A DNA stretch of 64,000 nt from Octopus sinensis (lineage: Eukaryota): the NCBI RefSeq assembly GCF_006345805.1, contig NC_043009.1, positions 15,934,001 through 15,998,000 of the forward strand. The letters are read 5' to 3'. The position numbers and the translations under genes were made by a program. A model generated the notes under the pieces. That model was given only the letters and a program-made list of their open reading frames with translations, did not search any database and was not told the origin of the DNA. This document shows, piece by piece, positions 54,421 through 64,000 of this stretch. Numbering within the stretch: position 1 is the stretch's first letter; each line of letters begins with the position of its first letter.

Positions 54421-54894
54421 TCCTGGAATTACAACATTTCGGTCGTTATGTGTGCTGCTTGTTGAATTTAATGCCCGGATATCCACAGAGCCACACTGCA
54501 ATTGATGAAATAACGATATCAATTTTATCGACTGTTTCTTTGTGACTAAAGGTCATCCTGCAGCATACAGCTTAAGGATGCTTACACTACTTTCAGGCCG
54601 GTTGCAATGTTTTATTCTAGATTCGAACAATATGTCAGACGCGTCTGCAAGTATCTTCTATGTGTGTTTATGTGTATGTGTGCGTGTGTGTGATGAACGT
54701 GTGTGTGTGTGTGTGCGTGCGCGTATTTCTGTGTGCTTGTGCGTGTGTGACCAAATGCACACACAAACACAGAATTACACATACACACACACATACGTGC
54801 ACCAATATGCAATCACACAAACTCACATAAATACATACACACTAATTCATACACACACATATAGTTCAATGAGTACTTTAAGACTAACCCCACA

Positions 54895-55310
54895 CGGGTT
54901 CTTCCGTTATTATTCACGATTCTTTGTCTGTCCTTCCGTCTCTCAAATCACTATGTATTTCGTTGCTCAATACAACATTTTCTCTTCATATCCTGGTACA
55001 GCATTACGAGACCAGGTTTTTCATTTCCCTTCGTGAACCTTCATTGATCTTTGTCTGTTTCTTCATTTTCCCCAATTCCTACATTTTTCACTTTATATGT
55101 TTTGGCAGTTAAGTCATGTATCGATTCCCGTCAAGAAACAACATTCCAATGTCTTGCAATGCCGTGTAAGTAGCTTCTTTGGCTTTACTTCCGTAGGTCT
55201 CTTCAATTTATACACAGCTTTAAGTAAAATTGTCCTATCTTCTTCAACTATTTCCTTCAGTAGCAACACGCCATCAAACCTTTCGTTTCTTGCAAGCTCT
55301 GTCTGACGTC
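54895..55310 (-). mobile_element. Possible R4/Dong-like LINE post-RT remnant
   Basis: Weak by-eye similarity (RNERFDGVLLLKEIVEE..; TWSRNAVPGY) to the region between RT and the zinc knuckle. Confidence 0.3.
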
Positions 55311-55356
55311 AGTTTCACATTCTATAGTTACATGTGAAGGAGCCTTAGAAGCATGC

Positions 55357-55422
55357 CAGTGGTTCACAAACTGGGGTCCGCGGGCCGGGGTAAGACTGGG
55401 GGTCCGTAAACTAAATTCAAAA

Positions 55423-55470
<48 letters not shown>

Positions 55471-55487
55471 GTATGTATGTATGTATG

Positions 55488-55520
<33 letters not shown>

Positions 55521-55803
55521 TATATATATTATATATATATATATAGTTAATCCAAACATGAAAACACAAGAGAAATCACAACAACGCGAGGACGTGGAAC
55601 AAATATAGTGTTATTGGACACTCAGGAAGGAAGGAAATAAGGAGGGTTTAACGTTTCGAGCGGTGCTCTTCGTCAGAAACATAGGAAAAGAAAAGATCCA
55701 AAGAAGGGAAGACGTAGAAAAAAATTGCCAACGGTACACACGCGGTCACATTATACACACACACACACACACACAGAGGCCGTGAAAAGATTGGGAACCA
55801 CTG
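55357..55803. mobile_element. hAT-type MITE with nested microsatellite and Penelope-like fragment
   Basis: TIRs CAGTGGTTCACAA / TTGGGAACCACTG and subterminal GGGGTCCG repeats; the 8-bp TSD is only half conserved. Confidence 0.72.
55646..55680 (-). ncRNA. Minimal type I hammerhead ribozyme motif in a Penelope-like pseudo-LTR fragment (55546-55753)
   Basis: GUUU-CUGACGA-A-GAGC-ACC-GCUC-GAAA-CG-UU-AAAC: intact core, 4-bp stems I and II, and a palindromic ACGU stem III. Confidence 0.8.
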
Positions 55804-56506
55804 GTTTATGCGTTGTAAATGGTATACAATTAGGTATACATTAGCTCTGTGTTTTACAGTCGATTGACCCTCACATTTCTGCCCTCTACAAACAAAACCT
55901 TTCGGCACCAACTCTCGAAGCCTCTCGCTGCATCAGATATCCTTAGGCACAACTTACATTATTGTTCTTTACTGCGTGTTCGATTTTCAAAAGATTAGCT
56001 AAATTAATTTCCGATAAAATAATTTAGTGCAATTCATTTGGCCTGATTCCTCTACACAAGTTCTTCTCCGTACCCAAGTGATTACCTGTTTGATTAATCC
56101 CTAAGGCACTCCTCCCGTGGTTGTTATGCACTTTGACAGATGTCACAGTGAGTTACAAAAGCAATAATTGTAAGCGCAGAGATTTCATCAATATTGTTCA
56201 TTCAAGATTTTTTTCCATTGGCAACTCACTTCTTTCAGCAGCAGTCATTACTTTTTAAAATGTTGGCCTGTGTTTTAGGATGTCACTACTTCCTAGTACA
56301 AGCTCATAATAAATTCCCAAATAGCTTTTATATGCACCTGTCAAAACTTAAAACCTACACATACTGGACACCTGCATCCTGATATATGATAAGTGCCAAC
56401 GCACAGAACTCTCGGACCTTGAGTGACTCTCTTACTTCAAATAAATATTAATAAACATTTATATGTATATATGTGAGTGTGTATTGGTGGATGTTTACGT
56501 GTATAT

Positions 56507-56729
56507 ACTCTTTACTCTTTTACTCCTTTACTTGTTTCAGTCATTTGACTGTGGCCATGCTGGAGTACCGCCTTTAGTCGAAGAAATCGACCCTAGGACG
56601 TATTCTTTGTAAGCCTAGTACTTATTCTATCGGTCTCTTTTGCCGAACCGCTAAGTTACGGGGACGTAAACACACCAGCATCGGTTGTCAAGCGATGCTG
56701 GGGACAAACACAGACACACAAACACACAG

Positions 56730-56795
<66 letters not shown>

Positions 56796-56960
56796 GACGG
56801 GCTTCTTTCAGTTTCCGTCTACCAAATCCACTCACAAAACTTTGGTCGGCCCGAGACTATAGTAGAAGACATTTGACCAAGGTGCCACGCGGTGGGATTA
56901 AACCCAGAACCTTGTGGTTGGTAAGCAAGCTACTTACCACACAGCCACTCCTGCGCCTAT
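56507..56960 (-). mobile_element. SINE family A, full length
   Basis: Reverse complement gives the complete head (GGCGCAGGAGTGGCTGTGTGGTAAG), body, microsatellite and AAAAGAGT tail. A partial head duplication lies at 56961-56982. Confidence 0.93.
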
Positions 56961-57481
56961 AGCTACTTACCACTCCTGCGCCGATATATTCAATAATACT
57001 AATAAAACTTTTTGTCTTTGTACGTACATACTTGTGGTATGTGTCACACTTCAAAGGAAGAGGTAAAAAGGCTGATGGGGTGGTACAAGAGAAATGAAAT
57101 AAGCTAAGGAGATATAGTTAAAGTGAGTGGCAAAGTGGGAGAGAGGGGGACAGAAGAAGAGGAAGTATAGGCAAAGCGGCAAAGAGGAGGAAATAAGAAG
57201 GAGAGAGAGAGGAGGTTGATAGCGCTAAAAAGTGAGAGAAATATAACGCGTTAAACGCAGGATGACAGTTAGAGACGAGGAGATATAGAGGAGGGAGGGG
57301 GGAGGGAGGCGGAAAGAAAGAGATTGAATGAAGGGAAGGAGTGGATAGAGAATAACAGTGAAAGACAATGAACCATTCTCATACAGAAAACGCTGGAAAA
57401 CTTCCATATGATATGGAAATTGCAAAAAGAAATGTTGCCTATTTATCTATCTGTCTGACAGTTATTCTGTCTCCATCCCTC

Positions 57482-57517
<36 letters not shown>

Positions 57518-57518
57518 A

Positions 57519-57712
57519 GGTAGTTCTCAGGGTAATTCAGCCTCACACAGAACGTGACAAGGCTGGCCCCTATGAATTACTGCTACAACTCATTTATGCC
57601 AGCTGAGTGGACTGCAGCAAGGTGAAGTACAGCTCAAGAGGACAGCGCGCCGCCTGGAATCGTACTCATGACCTTACAATCGTGGGCCGAATACTCCTGA
57701 TCATTGAGCCAT
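57519..57712 (-). mobile_element. tRNA-derived SINE combining a family D-like head/core with a family C-like 3' module
   Basis: Minus strand reads ATGGCTCAATG..TTGCTGCAGTCCACTCAGCTG..AAATGAGTTG, then GCCAGCCTTGTCAC..CTGTGT..GCTGAA..CCCTGAGAA. Confidence 0.78.
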
Positions 57713-57744
57713 GCAAATTCGCTCTCTTAACCGTAGAGAAAATG

Positions 57745-57813
57745 AGTGAAGCGATAGAGACAGAGAAAGTGAAACGATAGAGACAGAGAAAGTGAAACGA
57801 TAGAGACAGAGAA
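57745..57813. repeat. 23-bp tandem repeat, three copies
   Basis: AGTGAA(A/G)CGATAGAGACAGAGAA. Confidence 0.95.
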
Positions 57814-58336
57814 AGGAAAGCCTCAGTCATTTGAAATGACAACTTTGATCGATCTTTTCTCGCTTCTTTGCTGTGAACAATGAAAAAGAGGGAAAGACAT
57901 TTAGTAATGAATAGAGGAAAAATCTTTCAGGTATTTACGTTTTCACTCTGGGAGTTCTAGAACAATCGATTGTTAGGTCTCTCTTCTTTCCCCCACCCCG
58001 GTACTTATTCGCCTTCTTTCATAGCTCATGTCTTTTAGTTGGTGGGGAGAAAGACCATGTTTTCTTTGCCTTTCCTCCTTTTAGATTCAATAAATAAGGC
58101 AAAGAAAACATGCTTTTTTTCAGGCACGTTTAATGTTTCCTCTACGAACGACGAAGCATCCCCCTCCCATCCGTTTTTCTTACAAAAATGAATGCAAATT
58201 TCGAACGGAGTAAATCTGTAAAAAGATCCCAGAATAATGGGTGATACCTCTACAAAGTGGGTGCGGGAGAAAAGTTGCGAACAAGTGGCTACACGGAATT
58301 CAATTCTATACTTTAAAGAATATCTTTACTGTAGAC

Positions 58337-58373
58337 CTGTGAGTGGATTTCATAGAATGAAACCGAAAGAAGC

Positions 58374-58410
<37 letters not shown>

Positions 58411-58662
58411 ATGTGTGTGTGTATGTGTGTGTGTATGTATATGTGTGCGTGTGTGTGTGTTTGTGTCAGTGTTTGTCTGCCGCCATAATCACTTGACAAC
58501 TGATGTTGGTGTGTTTGCGTCCCTGCATCAGCTGTTCGACAGAAGGGACTGATAGAAAAAGCACCAGGCTTACAGAGAATAAGTCCAGGAGTCGATTTCT
58601 CTAAAGGGCGGTGCTTCAGCATGGTCACAGTCAAATTACTGAAACAAGCAAAAGAGTAAAAA
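58337..58662 (+). mobile_element. SINE family A, 5'-truncated
   Basis: Body, microsatellite and tail align with the other copies. Confidence 0.86.
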
Positions 58663-58703
58663 ATACCAGAATGCTCCGTACCACAAAACCAAGAATGTTC
58701 TTT

Positions 58704-59816
58704 GGTACTTTTTGGCTATCTCACCCACATTACAACATTGCCATTAAAAATGGGGTTATCTACCCACTAAAAACTTTAGTTATCTCCCCCTGTTCCATCA
58801 ACTCCACGATTTTGTTTCTGTCTTTTTTTCCTTTTTGTTTTTTGCCTGATTGATTTCCGTACATTATGAATATTTTACGTCTAAGTGAAATTTGCGAAGA
58901 GGAAACATCGAGTCTCATTTTTTTCAAGAAAAAGGAATTTTTCACCAAGAAACACAATACAACAACGGTCATTTTATGAATTTCTCAGTTGGAAGTTAAA
59001 ATAGATGGTGGTGTAGAATTCGTGGACGCAGACTAGAAAAAGGACTAAGAACAGATTAAGGACTAAGAACAGATTAAGGACTAAGAATGTTTATCGTTTC
59101 GTAAACCAGCACTTTTCATACATTGCTGGGCATTCATGACATTTATCAAATTTTGTGAACGTGAGCTATAAATGAAAGCCAAATGCGTTGTTGACAGGAA
59201 TAATTATTTGAGAGAAGTTTGTGCTGCACACATTTTGGTTAACCCAAGAGTGATTGGAACACCTAACATGACTGTTGAAAAAAAAATTGTTGTTTCGGAC
59301 GTCAACTACCTCAGCAATGGGTTTGGGGAGGTATTTGTAGAGAAACAGAAAGGTGTTTCAATGTTTATTGTCTCTGACAGGCCTGCGATAACACTTCTTA
59401 CAATAATAGAAAATAATATGAGACCGCGTACTAAAATTATAAGTGACGAATGGTCAGCATATAAAAATATAATTAATATTGGTCATTTTCAACATCTCAC
59501 TGTGAATCATTCTCTATAATTTGTCAATCCTACTAATAGAGCTCACACCCAAAATATTGAATGACTTTGGAAGAATGCTAAAGAAAGAAACAAAAGCCAA
59601 GATGGTACTCACAGGTGTCTGCTGGACTCATGTATGTACAAGTTTATTTGGCGACGAGAGATTGGATTAAAAGAGTTCGATCCTTTTGGTTCAATACTTC
59701 AACACATTGTTGACATTTGGCCTCCTCAGTAGCTATTTAATAAAGCGGGCTTTTTTTCATTCAACGGGGGTAAATAACCCAATTTTTTAATGGGGGTGAG
59801 GTAACCAAATTGTACC
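58704..59816 (+). mobile_element. Merlin DNA transposon with decayed transposase
   Basis: TIRs GGTACTTTTTGGCTATCTCACCC / GGGTGAGGTAACCAAATTGTACC; 8-bp TSD TGTTCTTT / GGTTCTTT. Translation NYLREVC..QQWVWGGICRET..TKIISDEWSAY..HLTVNHS..HTQNIE*LW..FIWRR. Internal 18-bp tandem repeat at 59041-59087. Confidence 0.94.
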
Positions 59817-60119
59817 GGTTCTTTGACTATGTAGGATGTATTTCAAGGCTAATTACTAATTATGTTTACGTTTGCGTAGCTGGTTTTTTCTTTGTTGGAT
59901 TATATAGTTATCGGTTTCACACTTCTTTCTATATCCTGTAAGTGTAACAATATAGAAACATTTCTCATGGCACCAGCACACAATTTACAGATGCTTACAT
60001 TGTATATGTTTTCCATAAAGTTTTCACGGGTCCATCTAGTATAATATAATATCTGTCTATGTGCATATATGTATATATCATATATCATATATAGAATAGT
60101 ACATGTAATGTTATTAATT

Positions 60120-60270
60120 TCTGCCACAAGATCAGTAATTTTAGGGGTATGGGCTTAATCGATTAAATAAATCCCAGTTCTTAACTGATACATTATTTAT
60201 TGAATCTAAAAGGAGGAAAGGCAAAGATGACCTCGCATCAGCAGGATGTGAACTCAGAATGTAAATTTCC
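60120..60270 (-). mobile_element. SINE family B, old diverged copy
   Basis: Reverse complement retains TTCTGAGTTCACAT..CTTTGCCTTTCCTCCTTT..ATCAGTT..CTGGG..AATCGA. Confidence 0.65.
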
Positions 60271-60669
60271 AGAAGAAAACTCGCAAAGTATTGTCATCAA
60301 TATGTAAAGGTGTGTATATTTACTTTAGTTTTTACCGATGTATAAATCTGTTATATTCATGTATATATTCCTTGCGGTGCCAAAATATCCGTTTCACTGA
60401 ACATCGTCTGACTACCATTGCAGCTTTCAGTGTAATTGTATCAGTCACTAGTTCGTAAAAGAGAAACGAAAATTTTGACACCTCAATAAGTAGTAGGACA
60501 TTTAATCTAGCAGTTTTTGTGCGTTGTTAAGTGTTTTATGGGATATTTCCATAATTTCATGTTCTTTTGTTTTTGTTTTGTTTCGATTTTCAGTTTTAAA
60601 ACAAAGTCGTAGAATAAGTCAACTGTGAAGCGGGAACAACTGGTCTTTCAATACAAGCATTCTACACAT

Positions 60670-60735
<66 letters not shown>

Positions 60736-61169
60736 ACACATACACACACACTTATATGGTGGGGAGTGAGTATCACTATATATACAAACACATTAGATTT
60801 TAAAATAGTTTCAGCTCGAAAGTTGCAGTCATGCTGGGGCACCACAGTTGGCTTTCTAAAACTTGTTTTGTTTGAAACTTCCGCTGATGTGCGGCAATCG
60901 GTGAAAGAGGGTGTTTTATACTACTGACCTCATTTGCATTTCCCGCTGTGAGGTAGGCTCCTTTGGCAGGAGGAGATCCAGTTTTGTTTTGAAAACATCC
61001 AACACCCACACCATGCACGTTTCTCAGGTATTTTGGAAGGATCTGTTGCAGCATCTGCTCCTGTATTTTTATTGCGATGTTGGGATCCTTGGCACTAGGC
61101 AGCGACAACCGACTTTGCTGTTTGTGTAACACTCAATGCCAAACTTTGGTACAAGTTCTTCCATGATCT

Positions 61170-61322
61170 TTCAAGTGTACATCTTTTCCGCCTCAAGGGA
61201 GGAGAGACTTTAATTTTTCAGGCTTTTCCAGTCGTTCACACGTTGCATTGAGAAGTTTCTTCTGTGTAGCTTCCCTGGATTGCTTCGTTTGCCGACGTTA
61301 ATTTTTGTACTGTGCGGTGACT
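61170..61322 (-). mobile_element. Short CR1-like LINE C-terminal fragment
   Basis: HSTKI..KLHRRNFSMQRVNDWKSL resembles the R.NFFS.RVVN.WN.L motif. Confidence 0.5.
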
Positions 61323-61333
61323 GTATATATATG

Positions 61334-61364
<31 letters not shown>

Positions 61365-61392
61365 GGAGCGAGAGAGAGAGAGAGAGAGAAAT

Positions 61393-61442
<50 letters not shown>

Positions 61443-61578
61443 CAGCATACGTACACACTTATGCTCACCCTATCGTAAGTATCAATCTAAATTGTGTATT
61501 ATTCTTTAAATTTGTCTTTTAGCCCCCCTCATACTTTCTCAGCTGTTTTTATTCTCGCTTCCTCCTCTCTGCCGCCCG

Positions 61579-61616
<38 letters not shown>

Positions 61617-62446
61617 GTTTCTTGGTCCTCTCTTTCTTTAACTCCTACTTTTTCGCCTCGTTTATCTCCTCTGTACCTTTCCATTTGTCTCTGATATTTT
61701 TCTAATCTTTCAATCCCGCTTCCCCTTACCCTCTCTCCTCCTTCCATGTGACCGGTGTCTGGCCAGCCATGATATTTCTTGGCCTGACTACCGACCGCCA
61801 ACATCTCTTCTGTCCATCTCTCTTGTTTCTGCCTTAAGGCTTTCACTTTATAGACGCCAGCTCAATTTGTTTCATTCTCAGTCGAAAGACACCTGTTGCT
61901 ATATTCTTGTTGTTTGTATTTGTAATTGTGTACCATGTTCTCCGTTTTTTTCTCTTAGTTGCCGTACACATTCGCTAGCTTTCTTACAAAAAGCTAATGC
62001 TCTTAGCTTAGAATTTTGGGGAAGCAATCAGATCGAACAGTCTCAAGTGTAACTGACCGAAAGTGTTAGGACATCTGATAACTTGACTGAAGAAAGAAAG
62101 CCACGAAGGGCCCGTCCTTTTTTTCCTGTGCCTCTAATTGTTGTTTTCCTCTCCGTCTTTGTATTGTACATCTGTTCGAATGTGTTATTGTCCCCTATTG
62201 CGCATTTGTTCCATTTCATATATATACATATATATATACATATACATATATATATATATATATAATACCTGGGAAATAACCTTATAGCGTGAGTTCCAAA
62301 TTTCCTATACAGGTGCCGATTATCATAGCTATCATACAGCAGCTATTCTCCTTTATATATATTTAATATCATCTCGGAAATAACCATATAAATTTGCGTT
62401 CGGGTATCTGACGTGTGTGAACAGATAATTGAAAATGGCTGTCTGA

Positions 62447-62836
62447 AGGCGGAGAAGTGGCTGTGTTGTAAGTAACTTGCTTACCAACCACATGGTTTCG
62501 GGTTCAATCTCACTGCGTGGCACCTCGGGCAAGTGTATTCTACTATATCCTTGGGCCGACCAAAGCCTTGTGAGTAGATTTGGTACACGTAACCTGAAAG
62601 AAACCCGTCGTATATGTGTGTGTGTGCGTTTGTGTCTCTGTGCTTGTCCCCCATCATCGCTTAACAACCGATGTTGGTGTGTTTACGTCCCCTTAACGTA
62701 GCGGTTCGACACAAGAGATCGATAGAATAAGAACTACGTTTACAAAGTGTAAGTCTTGGGGTAACTTGTTCGACTAAAAAGTGTTGCTCCAGAATGGCCG
62801 CAGCCAAATGACTGAAACAAATAAAAGAATAAAAGG
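62447..62836 (+). mobile_element. SINE family A, full length
   Basis: Head through AAAAGAAT tail, with a short internal microsatellite. Confidence 0.92.
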
Positions 62837-63414
62837 ATAAACGAATACGTGCGAAAATCCATTAATATCCATAGAATTGATACAAAAGGACACAAAAGAT
62901 TGATACAAGATGATAGGATGAAGAGGCTTCAGTCCAAATCATTACAAATCACTAGATTTCTTTCTGTGCATTAGCATCAGCTGGAAATTGCTGAGTGTTT
63001 CACGTATTATGCACATTGTATTAATATGATCCAACAACAGCTGTGTACCTTAAGGTGTTCAGGTGAGTGGATTTGAGTGCACTGCAATGCACAGCTATTG
63101 TTGGATCATATTAATGCAATAATATGTGTAATATGAGAAACACTCATCAATGTCATCTCTATGTATATATGTATATATATAAATATATATGTGTGTGTAT
63201 ATATATATACATGTATATATGTACATATAGGTACACATATCTATAGATATACACATATATACACATATGTATACATTTGCACGCACACGCACATATATAC
63301 ACGTACTAAATGCATATATACTTACAAACATACAAAGATATATATACATATATACACGTGTGTGTGTAACTGTTTGTGTGTGTGTGTGTAAGTGTGAATG
63401 TGTGTGTGTATGTT

Positions 63415-63461
<47 letters not shown>

Positions 63462-64000
63462 TGTGGTGTGTGTGTGTGTGTGTGTGTGTGTGCGTTTGTG
63501 TCTCTGTGCTTGTCCCCCATCATCGCTTAACAACCGATGTTGGTGTGTTTACGTCCCCTTAACGTAGCGGTTCGACACAAGAGATCGATAGAATAAGAAC
63601 TACGTTTACAAAGTGTAAGTCTTGGGGTAACTTGTTCGACTAAAAAGTGTTGCTCCAGAATGGCCGCAGCCAAATGACTGAAACAAATAAAAGAATAAAA
63701 GGATAAACGAATACGTGCGAAAATCCATTAATATCCATAGAATTGATACAAAAGGACACAAAAGATTGATACAAGATGATAGGATGAAGAGGCTTCAGTC
63801 CAAATCATTACAAATCACTAGATTTCTTTCTGTGCATTAGCATCAGCTGGAAATTGCTGAGTGTTTCACGTATTATGCACATTGTATTAATATGATCCAA
63901 CAACAGCTGTGTACCTTAAGGTGTTCAGGTGAGTGGATTTGAGTGCACTGCAATGCACAGCTATTGTTGGATCATATTAATGCAATAATATGTGTAATAT
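62617..64000. repeat. Exact duplication with 866-bp offset (62617-63134 equals 63483-64000, runs off the window)
   Basis: The SINE A 3' half and unique downstream sequence are repeated with no visible differences; the junction lies in (GT)n. Confidence 0.96.

Noticed and set aside
57745-57813. CRISPR-like array (also 59041-59087 and 12314-12343)
   Set aside because: Head-to-tail tandem repeats with no spacers, in a eukaryotic context.
60830-61170. Possible piggyBac C-terminal Cys-rich remnant on the minus strand (KRAWCGC..C..KC)
   Set aside because: Similarity is too weak, and no TTAA/TIR end could be located.
62058-62122. Hammerhead-like arrangement AGGAC..CTGATAA/CTGAAGA..GAAG-GGCCC-GTCCT
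   Set aside because: No convincing stem II and several core mismatches; it may be a decayed Penelope terminus but cannot be supported.

Overview
AT-rich, repeat-dense eukaryotic DNA, intergenic or intronic. The SINE types and microsatellite load suggest an octopus/cephalopod genome (inference from recall, not a search). No intact host gene could be supported, and nearly all ORFs in the supplied track are translations of microsatellites. The window is a mosaic of decayed transposable elements: LINE fragments (CR1, RTE, R4/Dong), Penelope-like elements (two GIY-YIG endonuclease remnants and many pseudo-LTR fragments in (TA)n tracts), Tc1/mariner elements (one full-length with TIRs), two Merlin elements with TIRs and TSDs, a Helitron helicase remnant, a hAT-type MITE and at least three tRNA-derived SINE families. 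The most notable signal is about ten hammerhead-ribozyme-shaped motifs in the Penelope-like terminal fragments. One family carries a swapped G3:C8 catalytic-core pair (GUGANCA instead of CUGANGA), and several fragments are fold-back insertions. All RNA structures and translations were derived by eye; element boundaries without TIR/TSD support are approximate.
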